64,000 bases of DNA from Patescibacteria group bacterium. GTDB lineage: Bacteria > Patescibacteriota > Patescibacteriia > UBA9934. The DNA is taken from the NCBI GenBank assembly GCA_041659765.1, contig JBAZXR010000001.1, positions 595,338 to 659,337 of the forward strand, in the 5' to 3' direction. Below the pieces are notes generated by a model. It did not search any database. It had not been told where the DNA came from and was given only the letters and a program-made list of their open reading frames with translations. Positions 1 to 9,346 of this stretch are shown here, in pieces; position 1 is the first letter of the stretch; every line of letters starts with the position of its first letter. The position numbers and the translations under genes were made by a program.

Positions 1-265
1 AGAAGGCGAAGAAACCATGACTGAAGTAGTTACTGCTTCCGGCGTAAAGGTGAACATTCAGCGCTACAAGGGTCTTGGTGAAATGAACCCCGATCAGCTC
101 TGGGAAACCACCATGGATCCAGGCACGCGCAAGATGAAACTGGTTACCATTGAAGACGCTGCCCTAGCTGACGAAACATTCGACATTCTCATGGGTGCTG
201 ATGTAGCCCCACGCAAGAAATTCATCCAAACACACGCTAAAGACGTAGCCAACCTCGACGTCTAA
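1..265 (+). CDS. gyrB: DNA gyrase subunit B, C-terminal end (partial)
   Basis: [21 protein letters not shown]...[17 protein letters not shown] is the GyrB C-terminal signature; the gene starts before the window. Confidence 0.97.
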   Translation, partial: EGEETMTEVVTASGVKVNIQRYKGLGEMNPDQLWETTMDPGTRKMKLVTIEDAALADETFDILMGADVAPRKKFIQTHAKDVANLDV

Positions 266-267
266 CA

Positions 268-352
268 CCAAAACAAAACACCAGCATTGCCTAGAAATTT
301 GAGTCGGATTACCTCCTAAAAATTTCTCGACAATACTGGTGTTTTGTTTTGG
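268..352. repeat. Long hairpin element, copy 1 (TTAGGAGG...CCGACTC core on - strand); probably also a bidirectional terminator
   Basis: 33-bp imperfect arms around a 19-nt core at 301-319; homologous to 59963-60043 and 5800-5873. Confidence 0.85.
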
Positions 353-369
353 AAAGGCTCTGCCTTAGG

Positions 370-825
370 TTACGGAGCTACCGGAGTGGTGCCCGGGGTC
401 TCACCGGTTGGGGCGCCAATGTTGATTGGGGCGACTTCGATGATCTTCTTGTTGATTGGATCGTAAAGAATTGCCTTTTTGGCCGTGGCATAAAGAAGAA
501 CCTTGTAACCCCTCTCAGCGCTAGCGAAGAACGCCTGGCTCTTCAACTGCTCCGGATCAGTCACCGTGGCGATAGTTGGCTCTTCGCCCTGTGGAAGGAC
601 AATCAACCTACCGACTTCTCTGATCAAATCTACGACTTCCTGCTTAGCTACTAACTGAGGATCGGCGCTCAACTTCTTAACTTTTATGACTAGATAACCG
701 TTACCAGCCAGCGAAAGGAGCAGAAAAGCTAAAAGGACCGGGGCCAGCAATCTCTCGCTTATCCCTCCAGTAACCTTCGGTGAAGTTGATTTTTCCATAG
801 AAAAGTACCGGTGAAATTCCTCCAT
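370..825 (-). CDS. Hypothetical single-pass membrane protein
   Basis: 151-aa ORF with one hydrophobic helix (LLAPVLLAFLLLSLAGNGYLVI) and GGAGG upstream. Confidence 0.8.
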   Translation of the reverse strand: MEEFHRYFSMEKSTSPKVTGGISERLLAPVLLAFLLLSLAGNGYLVIKVKKLSADPQLVAKQEVVDLIREVGRLIVLPQGEEPTIATVTDPEQLKSQAFFASAERGYKVLLYATAKKAILYDPINKKIIEVAPINIGAPTGETPGTTPVAP

Positions 826-957
826 ACTTTAGCACACCTCCCTACTTTACGCGCTGGTCATGTGTACCAAGAAACTATAGTGCGCCTCTGGAACAGGCCC
901 AGCGAATTGGTTGCAATGAAAGGCATACCTTCTTCCCACAGGCCTTAGCCGAACAGC

Positions 958-986
958 TTGCCAAGCTGAAAACTCTTTGCTATAGT
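958..986 (+). promoter_or_regulatory. Putative sigma70 promoter for secE-nusG
   Basis: TTGCCA-17 nt-TATAGT with an extended TG. Confidence 0.55.
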
Positions 987-1028
987 ATAGCCAAGAACTT
1001 CCCCGTCAGGGGATTTTTAAAATCTTAT

Positions 1029-1241
1029 ATGTTTAGTCTCACTAAGAATCCAGTGACCCGCTACTTCCTGGACGTCCGGGATGAAATCAAGAAAGTAACC
1101 TGGCCCACCCAGAAACAAGCCCTCATGTATTCCGGCTTCGTGATTGGCGGCTGCCTGGTGATTGGTACGTACTTCGGACTCATTGACCACCTCTTTACCA
1201 TTGGCCTCCAAGCTTTGGTTGGCCTGGTGGCCAGCAAATAA
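1029..1241 (+). CDS. secE: Preprotein translocase subunit SecE
   Basis: EIKKVTWPT motif, one TM helix, directly upstream of nusG. Confidence 0.95.
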   Translation: MFSLTKNPVTRYFLDVRDEIKKVTWPTQKQALMYSGFVIGGCLVIGTYFGLIDHLFTIGLQALVGLVASK

Positions 1242-1246
1242 TTTCT

Positions 1247-1792
1247 ATGGCCAAACAAACCGCTAATTACGGCCGGCGCTGGTACGCTATCCACACTTAC
1301 TCCGGCTATGAGGAGAACGTGACAGAAAGCTTGAAACAGCGTATCGACACGATGGACATGAGTGAGAAAATTTTTAATGTCATCGTTCCGAAAGAAAAGA
1401 AAATCAAAATCAAGAACGGGGCGCGAAAAGTCATTGAAGAGAAAATCTTCCCTGGCTACGTGCTTGTTGAAATGATCGTGACGGATGACTCTTGGTACGT
1501 TGTTCGCAATACGCCAAACGTCACCGGTTTCATTGGCACCGGCAACACCCCGACACCAATCGCCCAGGAGGAAGTAGACGCGCTTATGAAACGCGTCGGT
1601 GTCTCAGAACCTGAATTCAAGATTGACGTATCTAAGGGCGACACAGTTGCCATTACGGACGGCCCCTTCAAAGCCCAGCAAGGCAAGGTGGAAGAAGTGG
1701 ACGAAGCCCGTGGCAAGATCAAAGTCATGGTCTCTATGTTCGGCCGCGAGACTCCTCTCGAGCTCGATTTCCTCCAAGTCAAAAAGGTCTAG
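1247..1792 (+). CDS. nusG: Transcription termination/antitermination factor NusG
   Basis: WYAIHTYSGYE, IFPGYVLVEM, VSMFGRETP motifs. Confidence 0.98.
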   Translation: MAKQTANYGRRWYAIHTYSGYEENVTESLKQRIDTMDMSEKIFNVIVPKEKKIKIKNGARKVIEEKIFPGYVLVEMIVTDDSWYVVRNTPNVTGFIGTGNTPTPIAQEEVDALMKRVGVSEPEFKIDVSKGDTVAITDGPFKAQQGKVEEVDEARGKIKVMVSMFGRETPLELDFLQVKKV

Positions 1793-1796
1793 AACC

Positions 1797-1820
1797 AAAG
1801 CGAGCCACCCGGCTCGTTTT
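1797..1820 (+). terminator. Intrinsic terminator after nusG
   Basis: GCGAGCC-ACCC-GGCTCGT hairpin followed by a T tract. Confidence 0.65.
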
Positions 1821-1845
1821 GTATTACCGAGTATAATGAGGACAT

Positions 1846-2253
1846 ATGCACAAAGGCTCATCATGGATTCTGCGTCTGTACTTTGCAGTAATCGCTGCGA
1901 TCACGCTCATCACACTTATGTTCGGGGCGATTGACCTCCTGGCCACGGGGCTCAAGACGTACGTCATCACGGCCGCGGACGCACCAGACTACATGGAAAC
2001 ATGTGACGGCTCTATCCTGGCTAGCCGCAACCCGGCACCTGTACCCACGCCAAAAGACTATCCGATAGTCACCACGGAACAGCTAACGAAAGAATGTGAA
2101 GCTCGCAATAAAGAAAACATCGCCAGCTACAACCGCATGAAGGCCAGCAACGCCGTCAGAAACCTGGCCCTCATCATCATTGCCGCCCCGCTCTTTGGAC
2201 TGCACTTCCGGTTCGTATATAAGGACTGGATTGAAGAACATAAAGGTAAGTAA
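1846..2253 (+). CDS. Hypothetical two-TM membrane protein
   Basis: 135-aa ORF with two hydrophobic helices flanking a Cys-containing loop. Confidence 0.75.
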   Translation: MHKGSSWILRLYFAVIAAITLITLMFGAIDLLATGLKTYVITAADAPDYMETCDGSILASRNPAPVPTPKDYPIVTTEQLTKECEARNKENIASYNRMKASNAVRNLALIIIAAPLFGLHFRFVYKDWIEEHKGK

Positions 2254-2393
2254 AAAAATCGAGCCACGCCCCTATGGGGCGTGGCTCTTGAGTATATTTG
2301 ACATTTTTCGCAAATAACCGCACTATTCCGCTCGTAATTCACGAGGTAGTCGCTCGGGTAAATTCCCGGGAATCTACTATAAAAACACTCGTT

Positions 2394-2819
2394 ATGGCCA
2401 AGAAGATCAAGGCTATTATCAAGGTTCAGGCAATTGGTGGTGCAGCTACTCCGGCCCCGCCGCTTGGTCCAGTGCTCGGTCAGCAGGGTATTAACATCCA
2501 GGCTTTCGTCCAGGAATTCAATGCGAAGACCCAGGACCGCCGTGGAGAAACTGTGCCAGCCCTCATCACTATTTATGATGATCGCTCGTTCTCCTTCATC
2601 CTGAAGACCGCTCCGGCTTCAGACATGATCAAGAAGATTCTGAACCTCAAGGCAGGTTCTGGAAAGCCATTGACCGAGAAAGTCGGCAAGCTAACTAAGG
2701 CTCAGCTCCGCGATATCGCTGAGCGCAAGATGCCAGACTTGAACACCAAGGATGTAGACGCGGCCATGAAGATCATCGCTGGGACTGCACGTCAGATGGG
2801 AGTGGATGTAGAGGCGTAA
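2394..2819 (+). CDS. rplK: 50S ribosomal protein L11
   Basis: ATPAPPLGPVLGQQGINI, IAGTARQMGV; start moved to the ATG at 2394. Confidence 0.98.
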   Translation: MAKKIKAIIKVQAIGGAATPAPPLGPVLGQQGINIQAFVQEFNAKTQDRRGETVPALITIYDDRSFSFILKTAPASDMIKKILNLKAGSGKPLTEKVGKLTKAQLRDIAERKMPDLNTKDVDAAMKIIAGTARQMGVDVEA

Positions 2820-2821
2820 GT

Positions 2822-2853
2822 GATAAAGTTATAAAGTTGTAAAGTAATAAAGT
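2822..2853. repeat. 8-nt periodic tract (NNTAAAGT x4)
   Basis: gataaagt-tataaagt-tgtaaagt-aataaagt. Confidence 0.7.
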
Positions 2854-2879
2854 GGGAGCCCAAAAGGCATTAAAACCAC
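2852..2879 (+). promoter_or_regulatory. L1-binding autoregulatory leader upstream of rplA
   Basis: GTGGGAGCC-CAAAA-GGCATTAAAACCAC matches the L1-binding RNA motif. Confidence 0.75.
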
Positions 2880-2888
2880 ACCAAACAT

Positions 2889-3572
2889 ATGCACGGTAAA
2901 CGATTCACAGAATTGAAAACGACGGTTGAAAAGAAACTCTACAACGTAAAGGACGCCGTTGATCTCGTCAAAAAGGACGCGACCGCCAAGTTCGATGAAA
3001 CTGTTGAGTTGCACTTCAACCTCGGGATTGATCCAAAGATGGGCGACCAGCTCATCCGCGGTACCATCACCCTCCCTCACGGGACGGGTAAGAGCAAGAA
3101 AGTTGTTGCATTCGTTGACGCTGGCAACGAAGCAGCTGCCAAGGCTGCTGGTGCCGACATCATTGGTAACGAAGAGTACCTCGAGAACCTGGTAAAGACC
3201 GGCAAGATCGACTTCGACGTCGCCGTTGCTGTGCCAAGCATGATGCCTAAGCTGGCCAAGGCCGCTAAGATCCTCGGACCTCGCGGACTCATGCCTAACC
3301 CAAAGACGGACACTGTTGGACCAAACATCACCAAGATGGTGGAAGAACAGAAGGCTGGTAAGCTGTCTTTCAAGAATGACAACACCGCTAACGTCCACAT
3401 GATTGTGGGCAAGGCGTCATTCCCGGCCGAGAAGCTGGTCAGCAACGTGAACGCGGCTATGGACGCCATCAGCCGCGCCAAGCCACAGAGTGCCAAAGGT
3501 ATCTACATGAAGTCTGTCACCATGACTTCTACAATGGGACCCGCTGTGCGTTTGGAAGTTATCGCCTTATAA
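2889..3572 (+). CDS. rplA: 50S ribosomal protein L1
   Basis: AKFDETVE, LPHGTGK, ILGPRGLMPNPK, STMGP motifs. Confidence 0.98.
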   Translation: MHGKRFTELKTTVEKKLYNVKDAVDLVKKDATAKFDETVELHFNLGIDPKMGDQLIRGTITLPHGTGKSKKVVAFVDAGNEAAAKAAGADIIGNEEYLENLVKTGKIDFDVAVAVPSMMPKLAKAAKILGPRGLMPNPKTDTVGPNITKMVEEQKAGKLSFKNDNTANVHMIVGKASFPAEKLVSNVNAAMDAISRAKPQSAKGIYMKSVTMTSTMGPAVRLEVIAL

Positions 3573-3580
3573 GAGAGAGG

Positions 3581-3610
3581 CACCGAGATTCCCTCGGTGC
3601 TTTTCTTTTT
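3581..3610 (+). terminator. Intrinsic terminator after rplA
   Basis: GCACCGAG-ATTCC-CTCGGTGC followed by TTTTCTTTTT. Confidence 0.8.
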
Positions 3611-3633
3611 GCGCGCCTGTATACTTGGGCCAT

Positions 3634-4626
3634 ATGGCTGAAGGGAGTCGAGGCGAACCGCGCGTCCAGGAAAAATCTTGGCTTGAGCGGCAACGTGAGA
3701 AAACGCGTCTGGCAGCAGTTGCCGGCGCGCTTGCGGTTGGCACGGTCGGCGACGAACCGATACCGGTTCACCATCGAAAGATTGAGGTGATCGTGGAAGA
3801 ACCTGAGCTGAACCCGGTGTTTGATCGTCCGGAATTTTTTGAGCGCGGCCGGGGGCGTCTCACAAAAGAAGAACAACCAGACAGAATCAAAGAGCTGCCA
3901 AATGGCGAGGTCGTGTTTAAGGATACGGGCCTCACATTTTACAAAGTAGAACCCGGCGACACGATTTCCGAAATTCGCGAGCGGCTTTCGCGGTATCCGG
4001 AATACTCGCATCTCAAGAGTCAGAAAGTGAAACTCGAATCATTTAACATTCCACCGCTTGAACTGAAGGCTGGCATGTGGCTCCCAATTCCCATGGAGAA
4101 CGCTGATCGGTTGCTCACGGACGAGGAATTTGAACGCTACGCCAAACTTGCCGTAAAGGACATGAGCGAGAACGAAGGACCGTATCACAAGTCTGTCGAA
4201 AAGATTCTCCGTAAAATTTCACCAGATGAACTTGTGGCATCTCTTGAGGCAGTAGCGAAACAAGAATCCGGAGGAAAACCCATTGGCCAGTTTGAATTTC
4301 ACCGGTACGAACCATCACACGACACGTTCTCCTATTCCCTCTTTCACGTCCTTATGGAAGGACCGGGACTTGAGGCTCGACGAAACCTCGATCTCACCGA
4401 GGGACAAACCTATCATCCGCAAAATGCCGTGGAGCTTATGGTGGGGTTCCTAGTAGAAAAGGGCGAGGAAATAGACGTGAACCCCGCGTCACTATTCCCG
4501 CTTGATAAAGGCAATCATGCGGAAAAATTTGCACGGTTCTATAACGGCGCGGGATGGAAACGCACAAATCCGGACTACACAAAAGATCTCCTGGGGTATT
4601 ACAAAGAAGCACTGGAGAATCTATGA
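3634..4626 (+). CDS. LysM-like domain plus N-acetylmuramidase/lysozyme-like peptidoglycan hydrolase
   Basis: YKVEPGDTISEI (LysM-like); AVAKQESGG...FARFYNGAGW resembles DUF3380-type muramidases. Confidence 0.6.
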   Translation: MAEGSRGEPRVQEKSWLERQREKTRLAAVAGALAVGTVGDEPIPVHHRKIEVIVEEPELNPVFDRPEFFERGRGRLTKEEQPDRIKELPNGEVVFKDTGLTFYKVEPGDTISEIRERLSRYPEYSHLKSQKVKLESFNIPPLELKAGMWLPIPMENADRLLTDEEFERYAKLAVKDMSENEGPYHKSVEKILRKISPDELVASLEAVAKQESGGKPIGQFEFHRYEPSHDTFSYSLFHVLMEGPGLEARRNLDLTEGQTYHPQNAVELMVGFLVEKGEEIDVNPASLFPLDKGNHAEKFARFYNGAGWKRTNPDYTKDLLGYYKEALENL

Positions 4627-5190
4627 TCCGCAGTTTTCTTTCTGGTTCTCCGCTTTTTTGATGGCATTAACGGTTACTGCTTTGTTAAGCTTATCCTGGA
4701 CATCGCCGAGCTCGTACCCAATGATGAGCACCACGCTGTCATATGCAGCAATGGGATACTCGCGAATGTCGTTGATCTTCTTCCCGTTTACATAACCGTA
4801 GATTCCCTTCTCACTTAAATTCTCCGGCGCAAACTGCTGGTGGGTCTGCAAGTATTCAACCAGATTCTTCCAGGTCGTGCCCGCGCGGTGCACGTGAACT
4901 ACATCACCGACTCCATTATGGAGATCCAGAGTTTCGTCCTTTTCGTCATCCGTTTTGTTTGAACCAACATCGCATGGCGCCAATTCCATGTATTCCATGG
5001 CTGAAAAGTCCTGCAACACGTCGTCCACATAAATCTGGAAGCCGGCGTGATAATGGACAGATTCTACCTCTGGAGCAACGACTGCGGTTGGCCGAAAAAC
5101 AAAAGCCAAGACCCCGGCAAGCAAAAAAAATACCCCAAGTCCAAAAACTGGCCTCAGCCGACGATCAATCATAGAAAAGTTTTCATACAC
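4621..5190 (-). CDS. Hypothetical membrane-anchored protein with His motifs
   Basis: N-terminal TM; HYHAGF and LHNGVGDVVHVH. Confidence 0.75.
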   Translation of the reverse strand: MYENFSMIDRRLRPVFGLGVFFLLAGVLAFVFRPTAVVAPEVESVHYHAGFQIYVDDVLQDFSAMEYMELAPCDVGSNKTDDEKDETLDLHNGVGDVVHVHRAGTTWKNLVEYLQTHQQFAPENLSEKGIYGYVNGKKINDIREYPIAAYDSVVLIIGYELGDVQDKLNKAVTVNAIKKAENQKENCGS

Positions 5191-5236
5191 ATCCTACTCT
5201 TTCCGCGCATATCTGCAATTGCTAAGGTGTGGACGT

Positions 5237-5788
5237 ATGCATATCCCCCAGCGCTATATCACGGACACCGCGGAGCTCAAGAAGATAGTGGAAAGCATGA
5301 AAACGCTGGGCATGAAGATTGTCCTGACTCAAGGCGTTTATGACCTAATCCATGAAGGTCATGCCCTTTATTTAGAGAAGGCCAAGGCACTGGGCGATGT
5401 TCTCATAGTCGCTGTCGACTCCGATGAACTGACAAAGATCCGAAAAGGTCCTAAGCGTCCGATTGTCCCCCAAAATGAGCGTGTGAACATGTTGTTGCAC
5501 TTGAGGCACGTCGATATCGTGACCATCAAAGAAGCTCATCAAGGGCTGGGCGACGTCATTCAAGCTGTGCGACCTGATGTCATGGTGTTTTCGGGATCGA
5601 CCAAGGATATTACGCCGGAACATGTAGCTGAGTACAAAGACTGTTGCGGTGAAATTGTCGTCCTCCCCCCACAGGCGACTACGACTACTACGGCTCGCGT
5701 TCGCAATTTAACGATCGAGGGCGCCGAAAAACTCGCCAAAGAAGTAAACGAACTCATCGCCAAGTTTCTACAACAGATCGGCGAGTAA
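5237..5788 (+). CDS. Cytidylyltransferase/adenylyltransferase family protein (RfaE/TagD-like)
   Basis: TQGVYDLIHEGH (HxGH motif), GDVLIVAVDSDE, KGPKRPI. Confidence 0.9.
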   Translation: MHIPQRYITDTAELKKIVESMKTLGMKIVLTQGVYDLIHEGHALYLEKAKALGDVLIVAVDSDELTKIRKGPKRPIVPQNERVNMLLHLRHVDIVTIKEAHQGLGDVIQAVRPDVMVFSGSTKDITPEHVAEYKDCCGEIVVLPPQATTTTTARVRNLTIEGAEKLAKEVNELIAKFLQQIGE

Positions 5789-5799
5789 TCATCGGCCGC

Positions 5800-5873
5800 A
5801 AACCTGTTGCCCCAAAATTTGGAGTCGGCAACGAATAAGTACGCCTCCTAACAAATTTTGTGACAACAAGTTT
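5800..5873. repeat. Long hairpin element, copy 3 (expanded core)
   Basis: Arms 5800-5821 and 5852-5873; core GAGTCGG-15 nt-CCTCCTAA. Confidence 0.75.
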
Positions 5874-5886
5874 TCGTCCTCCCTGT

Positions 5887-6699
5887 ATGCTTATTGCATT
5901 CGTGCCGGTGCTGCATAAGGGCTATGTTGAGCTCTTCAGAAAGTATCCGGGGCAGCTCGGCCTTCTTGGAGCAGATGTTATCTCAGATTTCACCTCGCTC
6001 ATCAGGGACCTTCGAGTGATCGACCCGGCGGAGATGCGAAAGGCTGTTTTCTCTTTAGAATTGTTTGACGAGGTGTTTGTGATGAATAAGCTCGCTCTCG
6101 AAGCGCTCGACGGCCAGTCCCTCATCATGCCGGAAGACGACATTTCACACGCGATCCACGCCCAATATTTCCCGAACGCTGAAGTGATCTTTGAGCCGAT
6201 CTTTTTACGCTGGGACCGGCAGATCTCGACTGCTGAGCATATTGTCGACCCTCAGCGAGTGATCTCGCACGAAGAACTCCACAAACACCTCATCAACTTA
6301 GCGAGCATAGAATCTGCCAAAAGTGCTGACTGGTGGCGGCAGATTGGGGCGCTAATCGTGAAGGACGGCATTATCGTGGCCCAAGCGCACAACCATCATC
6401 TCCCCACAGACTTTCACCTGAGCGCGCATGGTGACCCCAGGAGCAACTTTGACGCCGGTACGAACCTAGACATCTACACGTCTATTCACGGCGAAGCAAG
6501 CGCTATTGCTCAAGCCGCACGAGACGGCATCGGTCTCAAGGGTTCCTCGCTGTACTCAACCGTCTTCCCCTGCCCCAACTGCGCCCGAATCATCTGCGAA
6601 GCGGGAATATCGAAGGTGTATTACGAGAAAGGCTACTCACGCGTAGATGCGGAACAAATTTTTAAGGCGTTTAACGTTGAGATAATTCTCGTCGCCTAA
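5887..6699 (+). CDS. dCMP deaminase with N-terminal nucleotidyltransferase-like domain
   Basis: HGE...PCPNC zinc deaminase motif; N-terminal PVLHKGY resembles a degenerate HxGH motif. Confidence 0.85.
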   Translation: MLIAFVPVLHKGYVELFRKYPGQLGLLGADVISDFTSLIRDLRVIDPAEMRKAVFSLELFDEVFVMNKLALEALDGQSLIMPEDDISHAIHAQYFPNAEVIFEPIFLRWDRQISTAEHIVDPQRVISHEELHKHLINLASIESAKSADWWRQIGALIVKDGIIVAQAHNHHLPTDFHLSAHGDPRSNFDAGTNLDIYTSIHGEASAIAQAARDGIGLKGSSLYSTVFPCPNCARIICEAGISKVYYEKGYSRVDAEQIFKAFNVEIILVA

Positions 6700-7136
6700 C
6701 CAATCCGACACAGGACGCCTTTCGACGAATCGTATTCAGGACTATCAGGATCGCCTTGGACGACTTGTGCGTGAAGATGGGTAACCGAAGCTCCTGTGTA
6801 TTTGGTGTCGCCAAAACGCATCATGAGGGCTCCCCCGGCCATATTCCTTGTTTTCGAGAGCTCGACGACGATGTCCTGAAGTTCGCTCCAGGCTTCCTTA
6901 GACAACTCCGAAACCGTCTCGATGTGCGTCTTGTGCACGAGTAGCAAATGCTGCTTCACCGGCTTATACGGATAGGCGTTGTCCGTCACTAACCAGTACG
7001 TCTTTTCGACGATCGGATTCGGGTGAATTCTGTGAATGTGTTCGGGACAAAAAGGACAGATTTTCTCTTTGGCGATGTCGTCGATAACTTTGGCGTAACC
7101 GCCGCGTTGGGAGTTGAAAGGGTTAACGTAGTTCAT
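6696..7136 (-). CDS. HIT family hydrolase
   Basis: CPFC...NAYPY...GASVTHLHAQ. Confidence 0.85.
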   Translation of the reverse strand: MNYVNPFNSQRGGYAKVIDDIAKEKICPFCPEHIHRIHPNPIVEKTYWLVTDNAYPYKPVKQHLLLVHKTHIETVSELSKEAWSELQDIVVELSKTRNMAGGALMMRFGDTKYTGASVTHLHAQVVQGDPDSPEYDSSKGVLCRIG

Positions 7137-7140
7137 AGTT

Positions 7141-7216
7141 TCTCCACTCTGAGTCTTGCGAAGAGTCCGACCCTCAGAGGAGAGAGTCGGATCCTTCGCT
7201 CTCGCTCAGGATGGGA
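7141..7216. repeat. Palindromic REP-like doublet, subfamily A copy 1
   Basis: 73/76 identical to 48779-48854; fills the thyA-HIT intergenic space. Confidence 0.9.
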
Positions 7217-8107
7217 TCAGACAGGCGTGGGGATCAACATCGCAGGATGCGCTTGATATTCAGTGACGACGAAGTGTTCGGGACGGAAGGCAAAGATGTC
7301 GGTGATAGACGGATCGATGGTCATGGTTGGGAACGGCTTTGGTTCGCGAGCGAGGAGTTCCTTCACCTTCTCGTACTGACTTTCGTAGATGTGTGCGTCG
7401 CTGATGGTGTAGACGAGTTCCTTGGGGGTATAGCCCGTTACCTGGCCGATCATCATGAGGAAAGCGGCGTACTGGATGAAGTTAAAAACGACGCCGACAG
7501 GGATATCGCCCGAGCGTTGAAAATGGTGCACGGAAATTTCCTTCGTTTCCGGATACACAAGAATGTGCAGGTAGCCGTGGCATGGGGCGACGACAACCTT
7601 GCGCGGAGGCAAACTCGAGTTCTGAATGCAGTACTGCGGAATCCAGGGAGAAATGATGTGCGTGCGTAGGTTTGGCTTGTCTTTAATCTGCTGGACGACT
7701 TCTTTAATTTGATTGAACGGTGCTCCTTCGGCGGTCGGAAACGCAGTCCATGCTGGTCCGTAAGAACCGGGACCAAGGTCGCCTTCGGGGAGCCCGAAAA
7801 TATCGCAGCGTTCTTTTGTGACCCACTTCTTCCACCAGGCGCAGCCCCATTCGGTCAGCTCCGCCTGCGTTCTGGCGCCGTGCAGAAAGGCGATGTGTTC
7901 GGCCAAGGCGCCGATCATGAACTTCCCCGATAGATCGCGCTCGGTAATCATGGGGAAACCATTTTCAAAGAGAAAACGCATCTGGTGGCCAAGCACCATT
8001 TTGGACTTCTCGCCTTGAATCGGTGAAACTTCGACGCCCTCGCGCATAATGCGTTCAAGCAAATCATGATACTGATGATCCGGCGTGCGTTCGGCGTAAG
8101 GTTTCAT
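7217..8107 (-). CDS. thyA: Thymidylate synthase
   Basis: APCHG catalytic Cys, QRSGDIPVGVVFN, DAHIYESQ. Confidence 0.95.
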   Translation of the reverse strand: MKPYAERTPDHQYHDLLERIMREGVEVSPIQGEKSKMVLGHQMRFLFENGFPMITERDLSGKFMIGALAEHIAFLHGARTQAELTEWGCAWWKKWVTKERCDIFGLPEGDLGPGSYGPAWTAFPTAEGAPFNQIKEVVQQIKDKPNLRTHIISPWIPQYCIQNSSLPPRKVVVAPCHGYLHILVYPETKEISVHHFQRSGDIPVGVVFNFIQYAAFLMMIGQVTGYTPKELVYTISDAHIYESQYEKVKELLAREPKPFPTMTIDPSITDIFAFRPEHFVVTEYQAHPAMLIPTPV

Positions 8108-8208
8108 ACGGAGTGATGTTATAGGTAATCAGAAATTTAGGAAACCTATAAACGGGGATAATTAAAGAGCCCGACGCATCTGCGCCGGGCCCACGATGAT
8201 CCTCACTT

Positions 8209-8691
8209 CTAGCCGATCGGGAAGTTCACAGGTACCGCACGAGTGACCCCGGGATCTTCGTAGAACTTCTGGCGAGGACGGAAGAAGTGCATGTGACGAT
8301 GAACGATGGTGCGGCCGGAGATGGCCGGATCGCCGAACCGCCATCCGACTCCTCCGCCCTGCCAGCCCAGCTCTTTCGTTACGAAGTCGTACGCTTCGCC
8401 GAGGGCAAGCCAGTCGGACAGGCACATCTCCTCGCCGTGGTGAAGCGGGTAGAAGAGCAGGTGGTCGTCCACCTCCTGTCCCTCCGTGTCCCGACGCTTA
8501 GGACGGCACTCGCACAAAACCCAGTCGTGAGCCTCCCAAACGATCCGCTGATCGTTCGGGAAGCCCGGCGCACAGAAGATGCATTCGCCGGTGCGAGCTG
8601 ATTCGAGCAACTGTTCGTAATACGCGGGACTGCGCTTGGCGTAATCCACATTGGCAACCGGAGACTTCATCCAATCAGGAACCTTAGACAT
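8209..8691 (-). CDS. Second, divergent HIT-like protein
   Basis: CIFC...GWRFGD...SGRTIVHRHMH; GGAGG before the ATG at 8691. Confidence 0.75.
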   Translation of the reverse strand: MSKVPDWMKSPVANVDYAKRSPAYYEQLLESARTGECIFCAPGFPNDQRIVWEAHDWVLCECRPKRRDTEGQEVDDHLLFYPLHHGEEMCLSDWLALGEAYDFVTKELGWQGGGVGWRFGDPAISGRTIVHRHMHFFRPRQKFYEDPGVTRAVPVNFPIG

Positions 8692-8740
8692 TTGACCTCC
8701 TTGATCTCGCGGCGAAAAGGTACCATACTCTTCCCAATCT

Positions 8741-9265
8741 ATGAAAACCATTCTCCTGGCTGCTGTTACCGCTAATGGCTTCATTGCCCGTTCAACCAAT
8801 GAACTCGCCAATTGGACCAGCAAAGAAGACAAGAAACTGTTCGTCGAAGAAACCAAAAAAGCAGGCGTCATGATCATGGGTCGGACAACTTTTGCGACCA
8901 TTGGAAAACCCTTGCCAGGCCGGCTGATCATAGTGCTAACCGAAAAACCCGAAGAAGTTGCCGTGGTTCCTGGAAGCGTGGAAACCGCGTCCGGTGATTT
9001 GAAAATGATCCTCGAAAACCTTGAAAAGCGTGGCTATTCGTCGGTGATCGTTGCTGGGGGCTCAAATGTCTACTCACAATTCTTAAATGCAGGCTTAGTT
9101 GACGAACTTTTACTCACAGTTGAGGCGGTCATGTTCACAGACGGCATCAGACTGACCCAAAATCTCACCCGCGAAATTACCCTTGAACTCTTGAGTGTCG
9201 AAAAACTTGGAGAGAAGAGCGTTCTTTTCCGCTACTCGACACATCTGTCCACATCTCCTCGTTGA
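8741..9265 (+). CDS. folA: Dihydrofolate reductase family protein
   Basis: MIMGRTTFATIGKPLPGR, VAGGSNVYSQFL. Confidence 0.85.
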   Translation: MKTILLAAVTANGFIARSTNELANWTSKEDKKLFVEETKKAGVMIMGRTTFATIGKPLPGRLIIVLTEKPEEVAVVPGSVETASGDLKMILENLEKRGYSSVIVAGGSNVYSQFLNAGLVDELLLTVEAVMFTDGIRLTQNLTREITLELLSVEKLGEKSVLFRYSTHLSTSPR

Positions 9266-9346
9266 TTTGTTTCCCGGGTGATGGCACATTCGGCTCTGAA
9301 GCCGACGCACCCCATGCTTGTACGTCGGCTTTTACAATACGCACCT

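Noticed and set aside
301-319. 16S rRNA gene fragment
   Set aside because: Only about 12 nt resemble the 16S tail; the flanks are unrelated to rRNA
826-1028. tRNA-Trp upstream of secE
   Set aside because: No cloverleaf or T-loop found
8692-8931. N-terminal extension of the 240-aa ORF
   Set aside because: It overlaps DHFR on the opposite strand; the SD and ATG at 8691 give a better start
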